From an uncultured Candidatus Rokubacteria bacterium (lineage in GTDB: Bacteria > Methylomirabilota > Methylomirabilia > Rokubacteriales > CSP1-6): 64,000 bases of DNA. The position numbers and the translations under genes are program-made. The stretch is taken from the NCBI GenBank assembly GCA_963771355.1, contig CAVYTA010000005.1, positions 928,001-992,000 of the forward strand. Reading direction: 5' to 3'. The notes below the pieces were generated by a model that worked only from the letters and a program-made list of their open reading frames with translations, made no database searches and was not told the DNA's origin. This document shows positions 51,574 through 62,054 of this stretch, piece by piece. How positions within the stretch are numbered: position 1 is the first letter of the stretch; each line of letters starts with the position of its first letter.

Positions 51574-53081
51574 GGCTGGGCGGCGGTCTTCTTCGCCAGG
51601 GTGGGCGTCGGGCGGAGGGCCGCCGCCGTGTAGTCGTTGCGGGGATTCCAGAGCATCCAGCCGGTGGCGCCCGCCTCCTCGGCACCGCGCACCTGGGCCT
51701 GGATTTCGCCCACGCCGAAGATGCGCTTGTCGAAGGCGTAGTCCCGGAAGTCCTGGAGCCACGGCCGAACCTGGACCGGCATCCCCTCCGTGCGCTTGCG
51801 AGTGAGCCGCACGCTTTCCCGGACGATCTCGTAGGAGTGGCTCACTGGGTTGCGGAAGCCGGGGATCCCCATGTGGTAGCCGGACGGGTAGACCATGGGC
51901 GAGAAGTAGTCGAGGTGCGGCGCCATGTCCTCGATCCGCTGCCCGATGTCGGTGTCGTTGTCGTTGAAGGCGGTATAGCCGAACACGTCGGCGGCGATGA
52001 AGACCCCGGTGGGGCCCAGCACCTTGCGCGCCTTGGCGAGGAAACCCGCGATGGTCTCGATCCGGACCTGCGGGGTGATCGGCTTGGAGTACTTCGCGGC
52101 GGCGAGCTTGCCGTCGGTCGGGAAGCGCACGTAGTCGAACTGGATCTCGTCGAAGCCCTTCAGCGCCGCTTCCTTGGCCACCGCGATGAGGTAATCCCAG
52201 ACTTCCTCGCGGGTGGGATCGACCCAGGCGAGCTTCTCGTTGTCGATCCACGGCTTCCCGGTCCGGGTGTCGATGACGGCCAGCTCGGGATGCGCGCTGG
52301 CGAGGATATTGTCCTTGAAGGCGACGATGCGGGCGATCGTGTAGATGTGCCGGCCCTTGAGCTCCGCCAGCAGCTGGTCGAAGTCCTTCATGATCACCGG
52401 CCCCAGCGCCCCGGCTTCCAGCGCCGCGGGCACCGTGGTGCGATAGGGGATGAGCCCGCGATCGCCCTTGACGTCGATCACCACCGAATTGAGCTCGGTG
52501 CGGTCGAGGAGGCTGAAGACCCGCTCGCGGATACCCTTGTCGGCCACGCCGTAGTAGGTGAGGTAGGCCGCCTTGACGGTGTGCGGGGAGAGCGTCACCG
52601 TGGGCTTGCTCTGGTCGAGCGCGACCCACCGCTTCTGATAGCCCGGCAGCTTCACGAGCACCGAGTGGTCCGCGCCGACGAGCCCGATCGAGAAGTGCCC
52701 CTCGGCGTCCGTGAGTGATTCGATCGCGCCGGAGCGGACGGAGACGTTGCGGAGGGGCTTACCATCCAGGTCCACCACACGTCCCTCGGCGGTGACGAGC
52801 GTGCCCAGCGGCAGGGGCTGGCCGTCGGCGCCCAGGGCCGGGAGGCTGCCCGGAGCATTGGGGCTCACCTGGCTGGCCAGGAGGCGACCCGGTGCGGCGA
52901 GGAGGACGTAGCCGGTGACGCCGACGAGGGCCACGGTCGCCAGAGCCGCCACCAGGAGGACGGCGCGTCGCCGTCGTGGCGTCTCGGACGAAGGAAGGAG
53001 CGTCATGGGCAGGGACGACAGTAAATCGTCCGCTCGCTCAGTCCGAAGGAAATTCTTCACGCGCGCGCGCCACTCGCTCAC
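51570..53081 (-). CDS. Putative glycoside hydrolase (DUF4015-like) with carboxypeptidase-regulatory-like domain
   Basis: VVIDVKGDRG, ARIVAFKD, GFDEIQFDYVRFP, PMVYPS, RPWLQDF; GGAGG RBS before GTG 53081. Confidence 0.82.
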   Translation of the reverse strand: MSEWRARVKNFLRTERADDLLSSLPMTLLPSSETPRRRRAVLLVAALATVALVGVTGYVLLAAPGRLLASQVSPNAPGSLPALGADGQPLPLGTLVTAEGRVVDLDGKPLRNVSVRSGAIESLTDAEGHFSIGLVGADHSVLVKLPGYQKRWVALDQSKPTVTLSPHTVKAAYLTYYGVADKGIRERVFSLLDRTELNSVVIDVKGDRGLIPYRTTVPAALEAGALGPVIMKDFDQLLAELKGRHIYTIARIVAFKDNILASAHPELAVIDTRTGKPWIDNEKLAWVDPTREEVWDYLIAVAKEAALKGFDEIQFDYVRFPTDGKLAAAKYSKPITPQVRIETIAGFLAKARKVLGPTGVFIAADVFGYTAFNDNDTDIGQRIEDMAPHLDYFSPMVYPSGYHMGIPGFRNPVSHSYEIVRESVRLTRKRTEGMPVQVRPWLQDFRDYAFDKRIFGVGEIQAQVRGAEEAGATGWMLWNPRNDYTAAALRPTPTLAKKTAAQP

Positions 53082-53107
53082 AGGTAGTCCTCCCACCGCG
53101 TCTGAAC

Positions 53108-53123
53108 AGCAACATCCTTGCCA
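53108..53123 (-). promoter_or_regulatory. Sigma54 (-24/-12) promoter
   Basis: TGGCAAGGATGTTGCT (GG-N10-GC) just upstream of the RBS. Confidence 0.65.
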
Positions 53124-53262
53124 GGGACGCAAGTGGGATCAAGCCCGCGATATCACGTCCCGTCGATGAAACGCGTATCGACGGGCGGTGGTGCCCGGCT
53201 GACAAAAGACGTCCGGGCCTGAACAGGAACGTCACCCGGCCCGGCGGTATAGAATGCCGCTC

Positions 53263-54135
53263 ATGACCACTACCCCTCCGGCCTTCGGCTGTGTCACGGC
53301 GGCACGCAGAGCCTTCGCGGTCAACGGGCTCCGCCTCAGCGCGCTCGAGTGGCCGGCGCCGGGACGCCCCGCCCTCTGCTTCCTGCATGGCGGCTCCGCT
53401 CACGCGCACTGGTTCGACGCGGTGGTTCCCGCCTTCGTCGGGCGCTACCACGTGCTCTCCCTCGACCAGCGCGGTCATGGCGCGAGCGAGTGGTCCTCGA
53501 CAGGGGAGTACGCCACCGAGCACTTCGCCTCGGACCTCCTGGGCGTGATGGAGGCCCTGGGCTGGGAGCGGATGGCTCTGGCCGGGCACTCCATGGGCGG
53601 GCACAATGCCATGGCCTTCTCGGCCTGGAACCCGCAGCGAATATCGGCGCTTACCATCATCGACAGCCGGCCGTCGCTGCCGCCCGAGCGCCTCAACGCC
53701 ATGCATCGCCGCGGGCATCGTGGCCCGCGCCGGCACGAGACGTTCGACGCCGCCCTGGCGAGCTTTCGGCTCCTGCCGGCCGAGACGACGGCGGACCCGG
53801 CGCTGCTCGCCCATCTCGGCCACGAGGGGATCGCGGAGCGGGACGGGCGCTTCCTCTACCGGTTCGACCCCTTGACCAGCGGCGAGCGTCAGCCCGTCGA
53901 CGCCTGGCCGCTTCTCGAGCGCATCACCGCGCCCACCCTGGTGGTGCGCGGCGAGCATTCACCGATCCTGCCCGTCCCCATGGCGCAGGACATCCTCAAG
54001 CGCGTCCCCAACGTGCGCCTGGTCGAGATTCCCGGCGCCTATCACCACCTGGTCCTGGACGCGCCCCGGGCTTTCAGCCTGGCCCTGGACGGATTCTTGA
54101 CCGAGGCGCTGGGCGGGACGGACGCTACTCGATGA
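53263..54135 (+). CDS. Alpha/beta fold hydrolase
   Basis: LHGG, DQRGHG, GHSMGG, GAYHH. Confidence 0.9.
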   Translation: MTTTPPAFGCVTAARRAFAVNGLRLSALEWPAPGRPALCFLHGGSAHAHWFDAVVPAFVGRYHVLSLDQRGHGASEWSSTGEYATEHFASDLLGVMEALGWERMALAGHSMGGHNAMAFSAWNPQRISALTIIDSRPSLPPERLNAMHRRGHRGPRRHETFDAALASFRLLPAETTADPALLAHLGHEGIAERDGRFLYRFDPLTSGERQPVDAWPLLERITAPTLVVRGEHSPILPVPMAQDILKRVPNVRLVEIPGAYHHLVLDAPRAFSLALDGFLTEALGGTDATR

Positions 54136-54190
54136 TCTTGTCGGCCCGGGCCAGGACGGACGGGGAGACGCGCGACACCCGCGTCATCCG

Positions 54191-56869
54191 CTAGACCCGC
54201 TCCAGGCGGACCGCGCAGACCTTGTACTCGGGAATCCGGGCGGAGGGATCGTGCGCCGAGTTGGTCAGGAAATTGGCCGCCGACTCCTCGAGCTTCACGA
54301 ACGGGACGAACACGGCGCCCGGACGCACGGCCTCGGTGAGCCGCGCATAGCCCTGGAGCTCGCCGCGCCGGGACAGCATGCGGAGCCGGTCCCCCGTCTC
54401 CACGCCCAGCCGCCGGGCATCCACCGGGTGGACCGCGATCTCGAGGCGGGGCGCCAGCGCGAGCAAGCCCTCCACGCGGCGGGTCAGGGTGCCGCCATGC
54501 CAGTGGTAGAGCAGACGGCCCGTGTTCAGCGAGAGCGGGAAGTCGGCATCGGGCAGCTCGTCGGCCTCCGCGCCCTGGGTCACCGGCACGAAGCGCGCGC
54601 GCCCGCGGGGGAAGTCGTCTCCGTAGAGAAAGCGGGTGCCCGGGTGCTCGGGCGTGGGGCACGGCCACTGGAGCCCGCCCGCCTCGAGGCGCGCGTAGGT
54701 GATGCCCGCGGCCGCGGGCCAGAGCCCCACCAGCTCGTCCCAGATCTCGCTCGGGTGGCGATAGTCGAAGCCCGTCTCCGGGAGGCCCAGCCGCCGGGCC
54801 ACGCGCCGCGCCAGCTCGCAGGTGATCCACCAGTCCGGCTTGACCTCGCCCGGCGGCGGAATGGCCTGGCGGACGCGCTGGACGCGCCGCTCCGAGTTGG
54901 TGAAGGTCCCGTCCTTCTCCGCGAAGGCGGCGGCAGGGAGAAAGACGTGCGCGCGCTCGGCCGTCTCGTGCATGAAGAGGTCCTGGACGATGAGGCAGTC
55001 GAGCTGGCCGAGGGCCTTCTCCGCATGATGGAGATCGGGCTCGGAGAGCAGCGGGTTCTCGCCCACCACGTACATCGCGCGGACTCGCCCGTCGAGGCAG
55101 CCTTCGACCATCTCGGTGACGACGAGCCCGGGCGCAGCAGGCGGGCGCCGCCCCCAGGCGCGCTCGAAGCGCTCGAGGCTGCTCGTGGAGTAGTCGGCAT
55201 AACCCGGCAAGTTGGTGGGGATGCAGCCCGCATCGCCGCACCCCTGCACGTTGTTCTGCCCGCGCAGCGGCGAGATGCCGGAGCCGACGAAGCCCATCTG
55301 CCCCGCGGCGAGGGAGAGATTCAGCAGGGCATGGGCATTGGCGGTGCCGTTGATGTGCTGGGTGATGCCCATACCCCAGATGAGGCAGGAGCCGGCGAAC
55401 GGTGGCCGCGCGTACCAGCGGGCGGCCTGGGCGATGGCCTCGGCCGGCACGCCGGTCACGGCCTCCGCGTGCTCGAGCGTGTATCCGGCGAGCGACGCGG
55501 CCCACGCCTCGAATCCCTCCGTGCGCGCCGCGATCCAGTCCAGCCGGGCCAGCCCCTCGTCGAGGATCACCTTGGCCATGGCGTTGAAGAGCGCCACGTC
55601 CGTGCCGGGGCGCTCCTGGATCCAGAGATCCGCCTGGTCGCACAGCTCCACGCGCTTGGGATTGACCACGATGAGCCGGGCCCCGCGGGCCGCGGCCTGA
55701 CGGAATCGCACGGCGATGACCGGGTGATTGGCCGAGGCATCGGCGCCCACCACCATGAGGCAGCCCGCCTCGGCATAGTCCTGATACGAGTTGGACGTGG
55801 CGCCGGAGCCCATGGAGACCAGCATGGCCTCCACCGACGGGGAGTGGCAGAGCCGCGTGCAATGATCCACGTTGTTGGTGCCCAGCACCAGCCGCGCGAG
55901 CTTCTGGATGACGTAGCCGTCCTCGTTGGTGGCCTTCGCCGAGGCCAACGCCCCGAAGCGGCCCGCGTTCCGCGCCAGGCCGTCCGCGGCGGCGTCCAGC
56001 GCCTCGTCCCAGGTGGCCGGGTGCCAGATCCCGTCTCGCTTGAGCATCGGAGTGGTGATCCGGTCAGGCGAGTGGACGAAGCCCGTGCCGAAGCGGCCCT
56101 TCACGCAGAGCATCCCCTGGCTCGACGGGTTGGCGGGCGCGTCCTCCGCCATGCCGGCCAGGCGGCCATCCTCGCGTACCGCCACCTGGATGCCGCAGCC
56201 GACGCCGCAATAGGGGCAGGTGGTATCGACACGACGTGTGATGCGCGCCGGCGATTCCTTGGGGCGCAGTGCCCCGGTTGGACAGGTGGCCACGCACTGC
56301 CCGCAGGAGGTGCAGATGGAGCCCGACATGGCGCCATCGGCGAAGACGCCCACGCGCGCCTCGTGACTCCGGCCGATGAGCGAGATGGCGCCGATAAACT
56401 GGACGTCGGCGCAGGCAGTGGTGCAGCGGCCACAGAGGATGCAGGCCTCGCGGTCCAGCACGAAGAATGACTTCGAGGCATCCACGGGGAAGCGATGCTG
56501 CGGCGCCCAGGACGCGCCGGCCAGCTCGTGGTGCTCGGCGGCCACTCCCACCTGGCCAAAGCCGTTCCGCTCGGCCGCCGGCGTCAGCATGGACAGCGTG
56601 AGGTCGAGCACGGCCTTCCGCACGCGCTGGGCCTCGGGGTGCGTCGTCTCCACGACCATGCCGTCGCGGGCAGGGAGGTGACAGGCGGCGGGGAGCCCGC
56701 GCTGCCCTTCGACGTGGACGAGGCAGGTCCGGCAGGCCCCGAGCGGGGGACGGTCCGGATCCTTGCAGAGCTGGGGCAGAGCGATCCCGAGACTGTTCAC
56801 GGCGTCCAGCACCGTGGCGCCCTGGGGAACCTCGACCTCCGAGCCGTCTACGCGGAGTGTGATGGCCAT
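54191..56869 (-). CDS. Formate dehydrogenase alpha subunit (Mo/W-bisPGD), Cys-type
   Basis: 2Fe-2S and two 4Fe-4S motifs at the N-terminus, CPYCGVGC, CTRLCHSPS, LRGQNNVQG, PEYKVCAV. Confidence 0.9.
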   Translation of the reverse strand: MAITLRVDGSEVEVPQGATVLDAVNSLGIALPQLCKDPDRPPLGACRTCLVHVEGQRGLPAACHLPARDGMVVETTHPEAQRVRKAVLDLTLSMLTPAAERNGFGQVGVAAEHHELAGASWAPQHRFPVDASKSFFVLDREACILCGRCTTACADVQFIGAISLIGRSHEARVGVFADGAMSGSICTSCGQCVATCPTGALRPKESPARITRRVDTTCPYCGVGCGIQVAVREDGRLAGMAEDAPANPSSQGMLCVKGRFGTGFVHSPDRITTPMLKRDGIWHPATWDEALDAAADGLARNAGRFGALASAKATNEDGYVIQKLARLVLGTNNVDHCTRLCHSPSVEAMLVSMGSGATSNSYQDYAEAGCLMVVGADASANHPVIAVRFRQAAARGARLIVVNPKRVELCDQADLWIQERPGTDVALFNAMAKVILDEGLARLDWIAARTEGFEAWAASLAGYTLEHAEAVTGVPAEAIAQAARWYARPPFAGSCLIWGMGITQHINGTANAHALLNLSLAAGQMGFVGSGISPLRGQNNVQGCGDAGCIPTNLPGYADYSTSSLERFERAWGRRPPAAPGLVVTEMVEGCLDGRVRAMYVVGENPLLSEPDLHHAEKALGQLDCLIVQDLFMHETAERAHVFLPAAAFAEKDGTFTNSERRVQRVRQAIPPPGEVKPDWWITCELARRVARRLGLPETGFDYRHPSEIWDELVGLWPAAAGITYARLEAGGLQWPCPTPEHPGTRFLYGDDFPRGRARFVPVTQGAEADELPDADFPLSLNTGRLLYHWHGGTLTRRVEGLLALAPRLEIAVHPVDARRLGVETGDRLRMLSRRGELQGYARLTEAVRPGAVFVPFVKLEESAANFLTNSAHDPSARIPEYKVCAVRLERV

Positions 56870-56963
56870 TCGCGGTCCCATCCATCTGTCGTTCGCGCGG
56901 CGCGCGGGTCCGACGTCCCATGATACACGGTCCGTCCGCGCACGCAGCCGCCCGGGGAGAAAG

Positions 56964-59084
56964 TCACGCCTTCAAGTTCAGGTCGAGGAACGCGGAGGGA
57001 AAGTCCCGGAAACCCGAGAGAATCGACAGCGGGGCGGCCTGGCCCAAGCCGCAGAGCGAGGCCAGCCGGACCACCTCGGCGAGCTCGGTGACGGCGTCGC
57101 CCGCCACCGGTTGCCGGCCATTCAGCAGCTCGCGAAGCCGCGCGGTGCCCTCGCGACACGGGGTGCACTTGCCGCAGGATTCGCGGGCGTTGAAGTCCAG
57201 CAGCGTGCCCACGACGTCGCGGAGCGAGGCGCGCTCGTCCAGCGCGGTGACGCCGCCGGTGCCCGGATTCACGGGCCCGCCCGGCACCAGGGGCTCGTCG
57301 AGCAGGCGTGGCGGCACGAGGCTGCCTGACGGGCCGCCGACCAGTACCGCCTGGAACGTGTGTCCCCCGGCGGGCCCGCCGCCCAGGCCCTCGAGCAGGT
57401 CGCGCAACGTCGCGCCCAGCGGCAGCTCCACGAAACCCGGTCGGCGCACGTGGCCCGAGAGGCCGAAGCATTTGGTCCCGTGACCTCCGCCGAGCCCCGT
57501 CCACCAAGCCGCGCCCTGCGCCACGATGAGCGGGACGGCGAAGAGGGTCTCGACATTGTTGATGACGGTGGGCCGGCCCCAGAGGCCGGCCTCGACCGGG
57601 AAGGGCGGCTTGGCGCGCGGCATCGCGCGCCGGCCTTCCAGCGATTCCATGAGCGCCGTCTCCTCGCCCAGCACGAAGCCGCCCGCGCCGCGGCGGATCT
57701 CCACCTCCACCGAGAAGTCGCTGCCGAGCACGTGCCGGCTCACCAGGCCCCAGCGCCGAGCCGCGTCCAGGGCCCGCTCCAGCCGGCGCGCCGCGAGGTC
57801 CGCCTCGCCGTGGATGTACAGATAGATGTGGCTGACTCCGGCGGCATAGGCGGCAAGGAGCGCGCCCTCGAGCAATCGGTGGGGATCCCCCTCGAGGAGG
57901 TGGCGGTCCTTGAAGATGCCGGGCTCGCCCTCCTCACCGTTGACGATGAGGTACTTGGGCTCGCCCGCCGCGCGCCGCGCCCCTTCCCACTTCACCGCAG
58001 CGGGGAAATACGCGCCGCCGCGACCCTGGAGCCGCGCGGCCTTCACGGTCTCGATCACGGCGAGGGGATCGCCGGCGGCCAGCGCCGCCGCGAAGGTCGC
58101 GTACGAGCCGCGCTGGATCGCGTCGGCCATGTCGCCGGGGTCGGTGAGCCCGCAGCGGTCGGAGAGCACGCGCCGCTGCCCGGCAAGAAAGGCGGTCACG
58201 TCGGCCGGTTCCACTCGTCGGCCGGCGGTCACCGCGTCCAGCAGCGCACCGACCTCGCCCGGGCCCACGTGGGCGACGGTCTCGACGGCGCCGTCGGGGT
58301 GCAGCACGCTGACCGTGGGGGCGGCCCAGCAAAGGCCCGGGCAACCCGCCGCCACCACACGCGCGCGGATCCCGCGCCGACCCACCTCGGCCGCGAGCGC
58401 GGCCAGGGTGACCGCGGCGCCTACCGACAGGCCGCAGCTCCCGAGCCCTACCGCCAGACGCAGCTCGCCGGGGCTTGCGAGCGCGCGCGCGAGGCGCTGG
58501 GAGCCGGCGAACCAGCGGCCGGGATCCGCGACCTGCCCGATGGCGGGTCCGGGATCGCCCGCCGCGAGCGGTGACGGCATCGGCATGGTCACCGCGATCA
58601 CGGCGGGTGTCGTGCGGTCGACCTCGGCGGGCTCCGGTGTCCGCGGCGGACGGGCCGGCGCGCCCAGCAGCCGCTCCACGTCATCGGCGGCGAGGCGACC
58701 GAGCTGGCGTCCGTCGACCTCGGCCACGGGCGCCATCGCGCAATTGAAAGCGCAGTCGAAGGGCTCGAGCGTCCAGACGCCATCGCCGGTGGTGCCCCCG
58801 GCGGTGACGCCCAGCCGCCGTTCGAGGGCGGCGAGCAATTCCAGCGAGCCCAGGATCCGACAGGACACGCCCACGCAGACGCGGGCGACCCGGCGGCCGG
58901 GCGCGGTGAGACGGAACTCCGGATAGTTGGTGGCCACGCCATAGACCTCACTGAGCGGCACGCGAAGATGCTCGGCCACCGCGGCAAGGTCCTCGGGCGA
59001 GATCCAGCGCCCCTCGTGCTGGACGGCGTGAAGGGCGGGGAGCAACCAGGTACGCTCGCGGGGGAAGCCCTCGAGGGCGATCAC
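56964..59084 (-). CDS. Fused NuoE-like, thioredoxin-like 2Fe-2S and NuoF-like NADH dehydrogenase module
   Basis: CVGVSC...CAFNC; SCG...[44 protein letters not shown]. Confidence 0.88.
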   Translation of the reverse strand: MIALEGFPRERTWLLPALHAVQHEGRWISPEDLAAVAEHLRVPLSEVYGVATNYPEFRLTAPGRRVARVCVGVSCRILGSLELLAALERRLGVTAGGTTGDGVWTLEPFDCAFNCAMAPVAEVDGRQLGRLAADDVERLLGAPARPPRTPEPAEVDRTTPAVIAVTMPMPSPLAAGDPGPAIGQVADPGRWFAGSQRLARALASPGELRLAVGLGSCGLSVGAAVTLAALAAEVGRRGIRARVVAAGCPGLCWAAPTVSVLHPDGAVETVAHVGPGEVGALLDAVTAGRRVEPADVTAFLAGQRRVLSDRCGLTDPGDMADAIQRGSYATFAAALAAGDPLAVIETVKAARLQGRGGAYFPAAVKWEGARRAAGEPKYLIVNGEEGEPGIFKDRHLLEGDPHRLLEGALLAAYAAGVSHIYLYIHGEADLAARRLERALDAARRWGLVSRHVLGSDFSVEVEIRRGAGGFVLGEETALMESLEGRRAMPRAKPPFPVEAGLWGRPTVINNVETLFAVPLIVAQGAAWWTGLGGGHGTKCFGLSGHVRRPGFVELPLGATLRDLLEGLGGGPAGGHTFQAVLVGGPSGSLVPPRLLDEPLVPGGPVNPGTGGVTALDERASLRDVVGTLLDFNARESCGKCTPCREGTARLRELLNGRQPVAGDAVTELAEVVRLASLCGLGQAAPLSILSGFRDFPSAFLDLNLKA

Positions 59085-59767
59085 GGCGCCGCGACCGGAT
59101 CCTGGAGATTCGCCTCGGCGAAGCCCCGGGCGCGGAGAAGACAGGAGTCACAGGCGCCGCACGGCCGGCCGTCCGGGCCGGGCTCGTAACAGGACCAGGT
59201 GAGCGCGAAGTCCACGCCGAGCTCCCAGGCGCGCAGCACGATCTGCGCCTTGCTGAGCGTGATCAAGGGCGTGTGGACCCGGAAGCGCCGCGTGCCCTCG
59301 ACCCCCGCCTTGGTGGCGAGATTAGCCAGCCGCTCGAAGGCCTCCACGAACTCGGGGCGGCAATCCGGATAGCCGGAATAGTCGAGGGCATTGACACCCA
59401 GGAAGAGATCCTGTGCGTCCAGCACCTCCGCCCAGCCCAGCGCGTAGCCGAGGAAGATGGTGTTCCGCGCCGGCACGTAGGTGACGGGAATGCCCTCGCC
59501 GATGGCGGCATCGCTCCGCGCCTTGGGCACCGGGATGTCGTCGGTGAGGGCCGAGCCGCCGATGGCGCGAAGGTCGAGTCGCAGCACGAGGTGATGGCGC
59601 ACCTCGAAGGCCGCCGCCACGCGCCGGGCGGACTCCAGCTCACGCGCGTGGCGCTGGCCGTAATCGAACGAGAGCGCGTAGCACTCGTAGCCCTCCGCCC
59701 GGGCCACCGCGAGCGTGGTGGTGGAGTCGAGCCCGCCGGAGAGGAGGATCACCGCGCGGTCGGCCAT
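59081..59767 (-). CDS. queC: 7-cyano-7-deazaguanine synthase
   Basis: [32 protein letters not shown]...CGACDSC. Confidence 0.96.
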   Translation of the reverse strand: MADRAVILLSGGLDSTTTLAVARAEGYECYALSFDYGQRHARELESARRVAAAFEVRHHLVLRLDLRAIGGSALTDDIPVPKARSDAAIGEGIPVTYVPARNTIFLGYALGWAEVLDAQDLFLGVNALDYSGYPDCRPEFVEAFERLANLATKAGVEGTRRFRVHTPLITLSKAQIVLRAWELGVDFALTWSCYEPGPDGRPCGACDSCLLRARGFAEANLQDPVAAP

Positions 59768-60433
59768 TCAGACGCCTCGCCGGGCCCCCCAGAGGAGGAC
59801 GTGCAGCCGCGGCGAGAACCGGAATCCGTGGCGCGTGCAGGCCTCGGCCACCCACGGACCGCGCTCCGCGAGGTCCTCGGTCCGGGTCCCTTCGGGTTGG
59901 AGGAGAATGCGCCCGCGTGGCAGGGCGAAGCGCTCGGCGAGGCGGAGCACCTCGGCGAGATCCGCCGCTTCACAGACGACGAACTTCCACCAGGCCTCCG
60001 CGGCAAGGAAGGCCCGGATGGCCTCGGGCTGAATGCGCCGCTCCTCGGCGACGCCCGAGCCCGCCAGCTTGACGGAGACATTCCACTGGATCGAGACGAC
60101 GGCCAGCGACGGTGGTGGGGGGAGCGTGCCCGAGGTCTCCACCTCCAGGGCCCAGCCCCGCGTGCCCAGGGCGGTCACGAGGGGCAGGAAGAGCGGCGAC
60201 TCGAGCGGCTCGCCGCCCGTGACGACCGCGCGCCGGCAGGGGTGGGCTTCCATCTCGGCCAGCAGTGCGTCGAGCTCGATGGCCCGGCCCCGGGCGGGGT
60301 CCCACGAGTACTTGGTGTCGCACCACTCGCAGCCGACCGAGCAGCCCTGCAACCGGGCGAAGACCGCCGGCACGCCGGCCGTCGCCCCCTCGCCCTGTAT
60401 CGAGTAGAAGACTTCCGCGACGCGTCCCGTCAT
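59768..60433 (-). CDS. queE: 7-carboxy-7-deazaguanine synthase (radical SAM)
   Basis: FYSIQGEG, GCSVGCEWCDT, TGGEP, ETSG, PRLH. Confidence 0.93.
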   Translation of the reverse strand: MTGRVAEVFYSIQGEGATAGVPAVFARLQGCSVGCEWCDTKYSWDPARGRAIELDALLAEMEAHPCRRAVVTGGEPLESPLFLPLVTALGTRGWALEVETSGTLPPPPSLAVVSIQWNVSVKLAGSGVAEERRIQPEAIRAFLAAEAWWKFVVCEAADLAEVLRLAERFALPRGRILLQPEGTRTEDLAERGPWVAEACTRHGFRFSPRLHVLLWGARRGV

Positions 60434-60533
60434 AGGGTCCTGAGAGGAAGGGTAGCACGAGAGACCGGCAGCATCCCCTTGCCGCCATGGGGGTTTTACT
60501 GCTATAACGGGTCATCGGAAAGGAGGATCACCG

Positions 60534-60809
60534 ATGAGCCTTGGCCTGACCGATTCCCTCAAGCAGGATCGCCTGATCGTGGTGGCCGTAGACAAGACGG
60601 CCGGCCGCATCCGCGTGAAGAGCGAGGCGGAGGTGTGTAGCGACCTCGGCTGCGACGGCGCCCTCGTGGTCACCGACGAGGGGCAGAGCAACGACCTCGC
60701 CAACCTGAACGCGGGCGACATCATCAAGCTCGAGATGAAGAACGGCCGCGCCAGTCAGATCCGCGTGGTGCGCCGCGTCTACGACGAGTACTCCAGCCCC
60801 GAGTGGTGA
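60534..60809 (+). CDS. Hypothetical beta-rich (OB-fold-like) protein
   Basis: AAGGAGG RBS; TTGCCG-N18-TATAAC promoter at 60479-60508; strong codon bias. Confidence 0.72.
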   Translation: MSLGLTDSLKQDRLIVVAVDKTAGRIRVKSEAEVCSDLGCDGALVVTDEGQSNDLANLNAGDIIKLEMKNGRASQIRVVRRVYDEYSSPEW

Positions 60810-61014
60810 GCCGGCCACCCGGCCGCTAGCATTTCGGTGGCTCCGGCGATGTCGCGCGAGCGCCCGCCGCGTGCTCGCCCAACGCGCTCCGGGTCGCCGC
60901 GGGGCATTCTGCTGATCCCTTCCCGTGTCATCCGACACGGCCGAGAGCTCGCATCTTGTCGGCACGCTTCCGCCGCTTGCTCGAGGCGGCCCCGGAGAAG
61001 CCGCGGGAGAACCG

Positions 61015-61986
61015 ATGATGGAGCGACGCACGTTCTTGGTGCTGGCCTCAGGGAGCTTCCTCACTGCGCCGCTCGTCGTTGCCGCGCAGCCGGTGGGGCA
61101 GGTCTACCGGATCGGGTTCCTGCGCGCGGGCCAGCCGCCAAAGACCTGGATCGAATCCTTTCAGCAAGGCCTACGGGAGCGGGGATACGTGGAGGGCCAG
61201 AGCCTCAGCATCGAATACGCCCTGGCAGATAGCACGGCCCAGCTTCCAACCGTGGTAACCGAACTGGTCCGTCGCAAGGTCGACGTGATCGTCGCGTCGG
61301 GGACACCATCGGTTCCGCCCGCGAAGAGCGCCACGAGCACGATCCCCATCATCTTCGTGGCATCGATCGATCCTGTCGCGACCGGCATGGTCGCCAGCCT
61401 GGCGCGCCCGGGCGGAAACGTGACCGGCCTGGCTGGCATCCACGCCGATCTGATGGGCAAGCGACTGGAGATTGTTCGAGAGACCGTCCCGAAACTCTCC
61501 CGCGTGGCGCTCCTATCCCACGCGGCCAACCCGGGCAACGCCGAATACGTCAAGCAGGCGCAGCTTGCTGCGCGGACTCTGGGAGTGCAGCTGCAACTGG
61601 TGGCGGTTCGCGATGCCGGCGACTTCGAGCGCGTCTTTAACGAGGCCCGAGCGGCCAACGCCATGATTCAACTGGACGACGTCATCTTCACCTCTCACCG
61701 AAGACAGATCGTCGAGCTCTCGGTGAGGTACCAGCTCCCAGTGATGTACGGCTTCAGAGAGTTCGTCGACGTCGGTGGCCTCATGGCCTATGGTCCGGAC
61801 TGGCCGGACCTGTACCGACGTGCCGCCCACCTCGTGGACAGGATCCTGAAGGGCGCCAAGCCGGCCGATCTTCCCATCGAGCAGCCGACCAAGTTCGAGC
61901 TGGTCATCAACCTCAAGACCGCGAAGGCGCTGGGTCTCACGATCCCTCAATCAGTCCTACAGCGGGCGGATCAGGTGATCGAGTGA
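61015..61986 (+). CDS. ABC transporter substrate-binding protein (ABC_sub_bind family)
   Basis: MERRTFL, RIGFL, SLARPGGNVTG, GGLMAYG, ILKGAKPADLPIEQPTKFELVINLKTAKALGL. Confidence 0.9.
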   Translation: MMERRTFLVLASGSFLTAPLVVAAQPVGQVYRIGFLRAGQPPKTWIESFQQGLRERGYVEGQSLSIEYALADSTAQLPTVVTELVRRKVDVIVASGTPSVPPAKSATSTIPIIFVASIDPVATGMVASLARPGGNVTGLAGIHADLMGKRLEIVRETVPKLSRVALLSHAANPGNAEYVKQAQLAARTLGVQLQLVAVRDAGDFERVFNEARAANAMIQLDDVIFTSHRRQIVELSVRYQLPVMYGFREFVDVGGLMAYGPDWPDLYRRAAHLVDRILKGAKPADLPIEQPTKFELVINLKTAKALGLTIPQSVLQRADQVIE

Positions 61987-62054
61987 TGGACCGCCGCGCG
62001 TTCCTTGGCGCCATCGCCGCGCCCGGCGAGCGCCTTTACGCCACGCCCACGTGA
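61986..62054 (+). pseudogene. 5' remnant of a second ABC_sub_bind paralog
   Basis: TGATG overlap then MDRRAFLGAIA..., stopping after 22 codons inside the convergent gene. Confidence 0.5.

Noticed and set aside
55840..55865. Selenocysteine in formate dehydrogenase
   Set aside because: The codon at the Sec-equivalent position is Cys (RLCH), not TGA.
59081..60433. Deazapurine DNA-modification (dpd) defence island
   Set aside because: No dpdA/tgt paralog or other dpd genes nearby; ordinary queuosine synthesis suffices.
60434..60533. preQ1 riboswitch upstream of queE-queC
   Set aside because: No recognisable preQ1 stem-loop with an A-rich tail; the region looks like divergent promoters.
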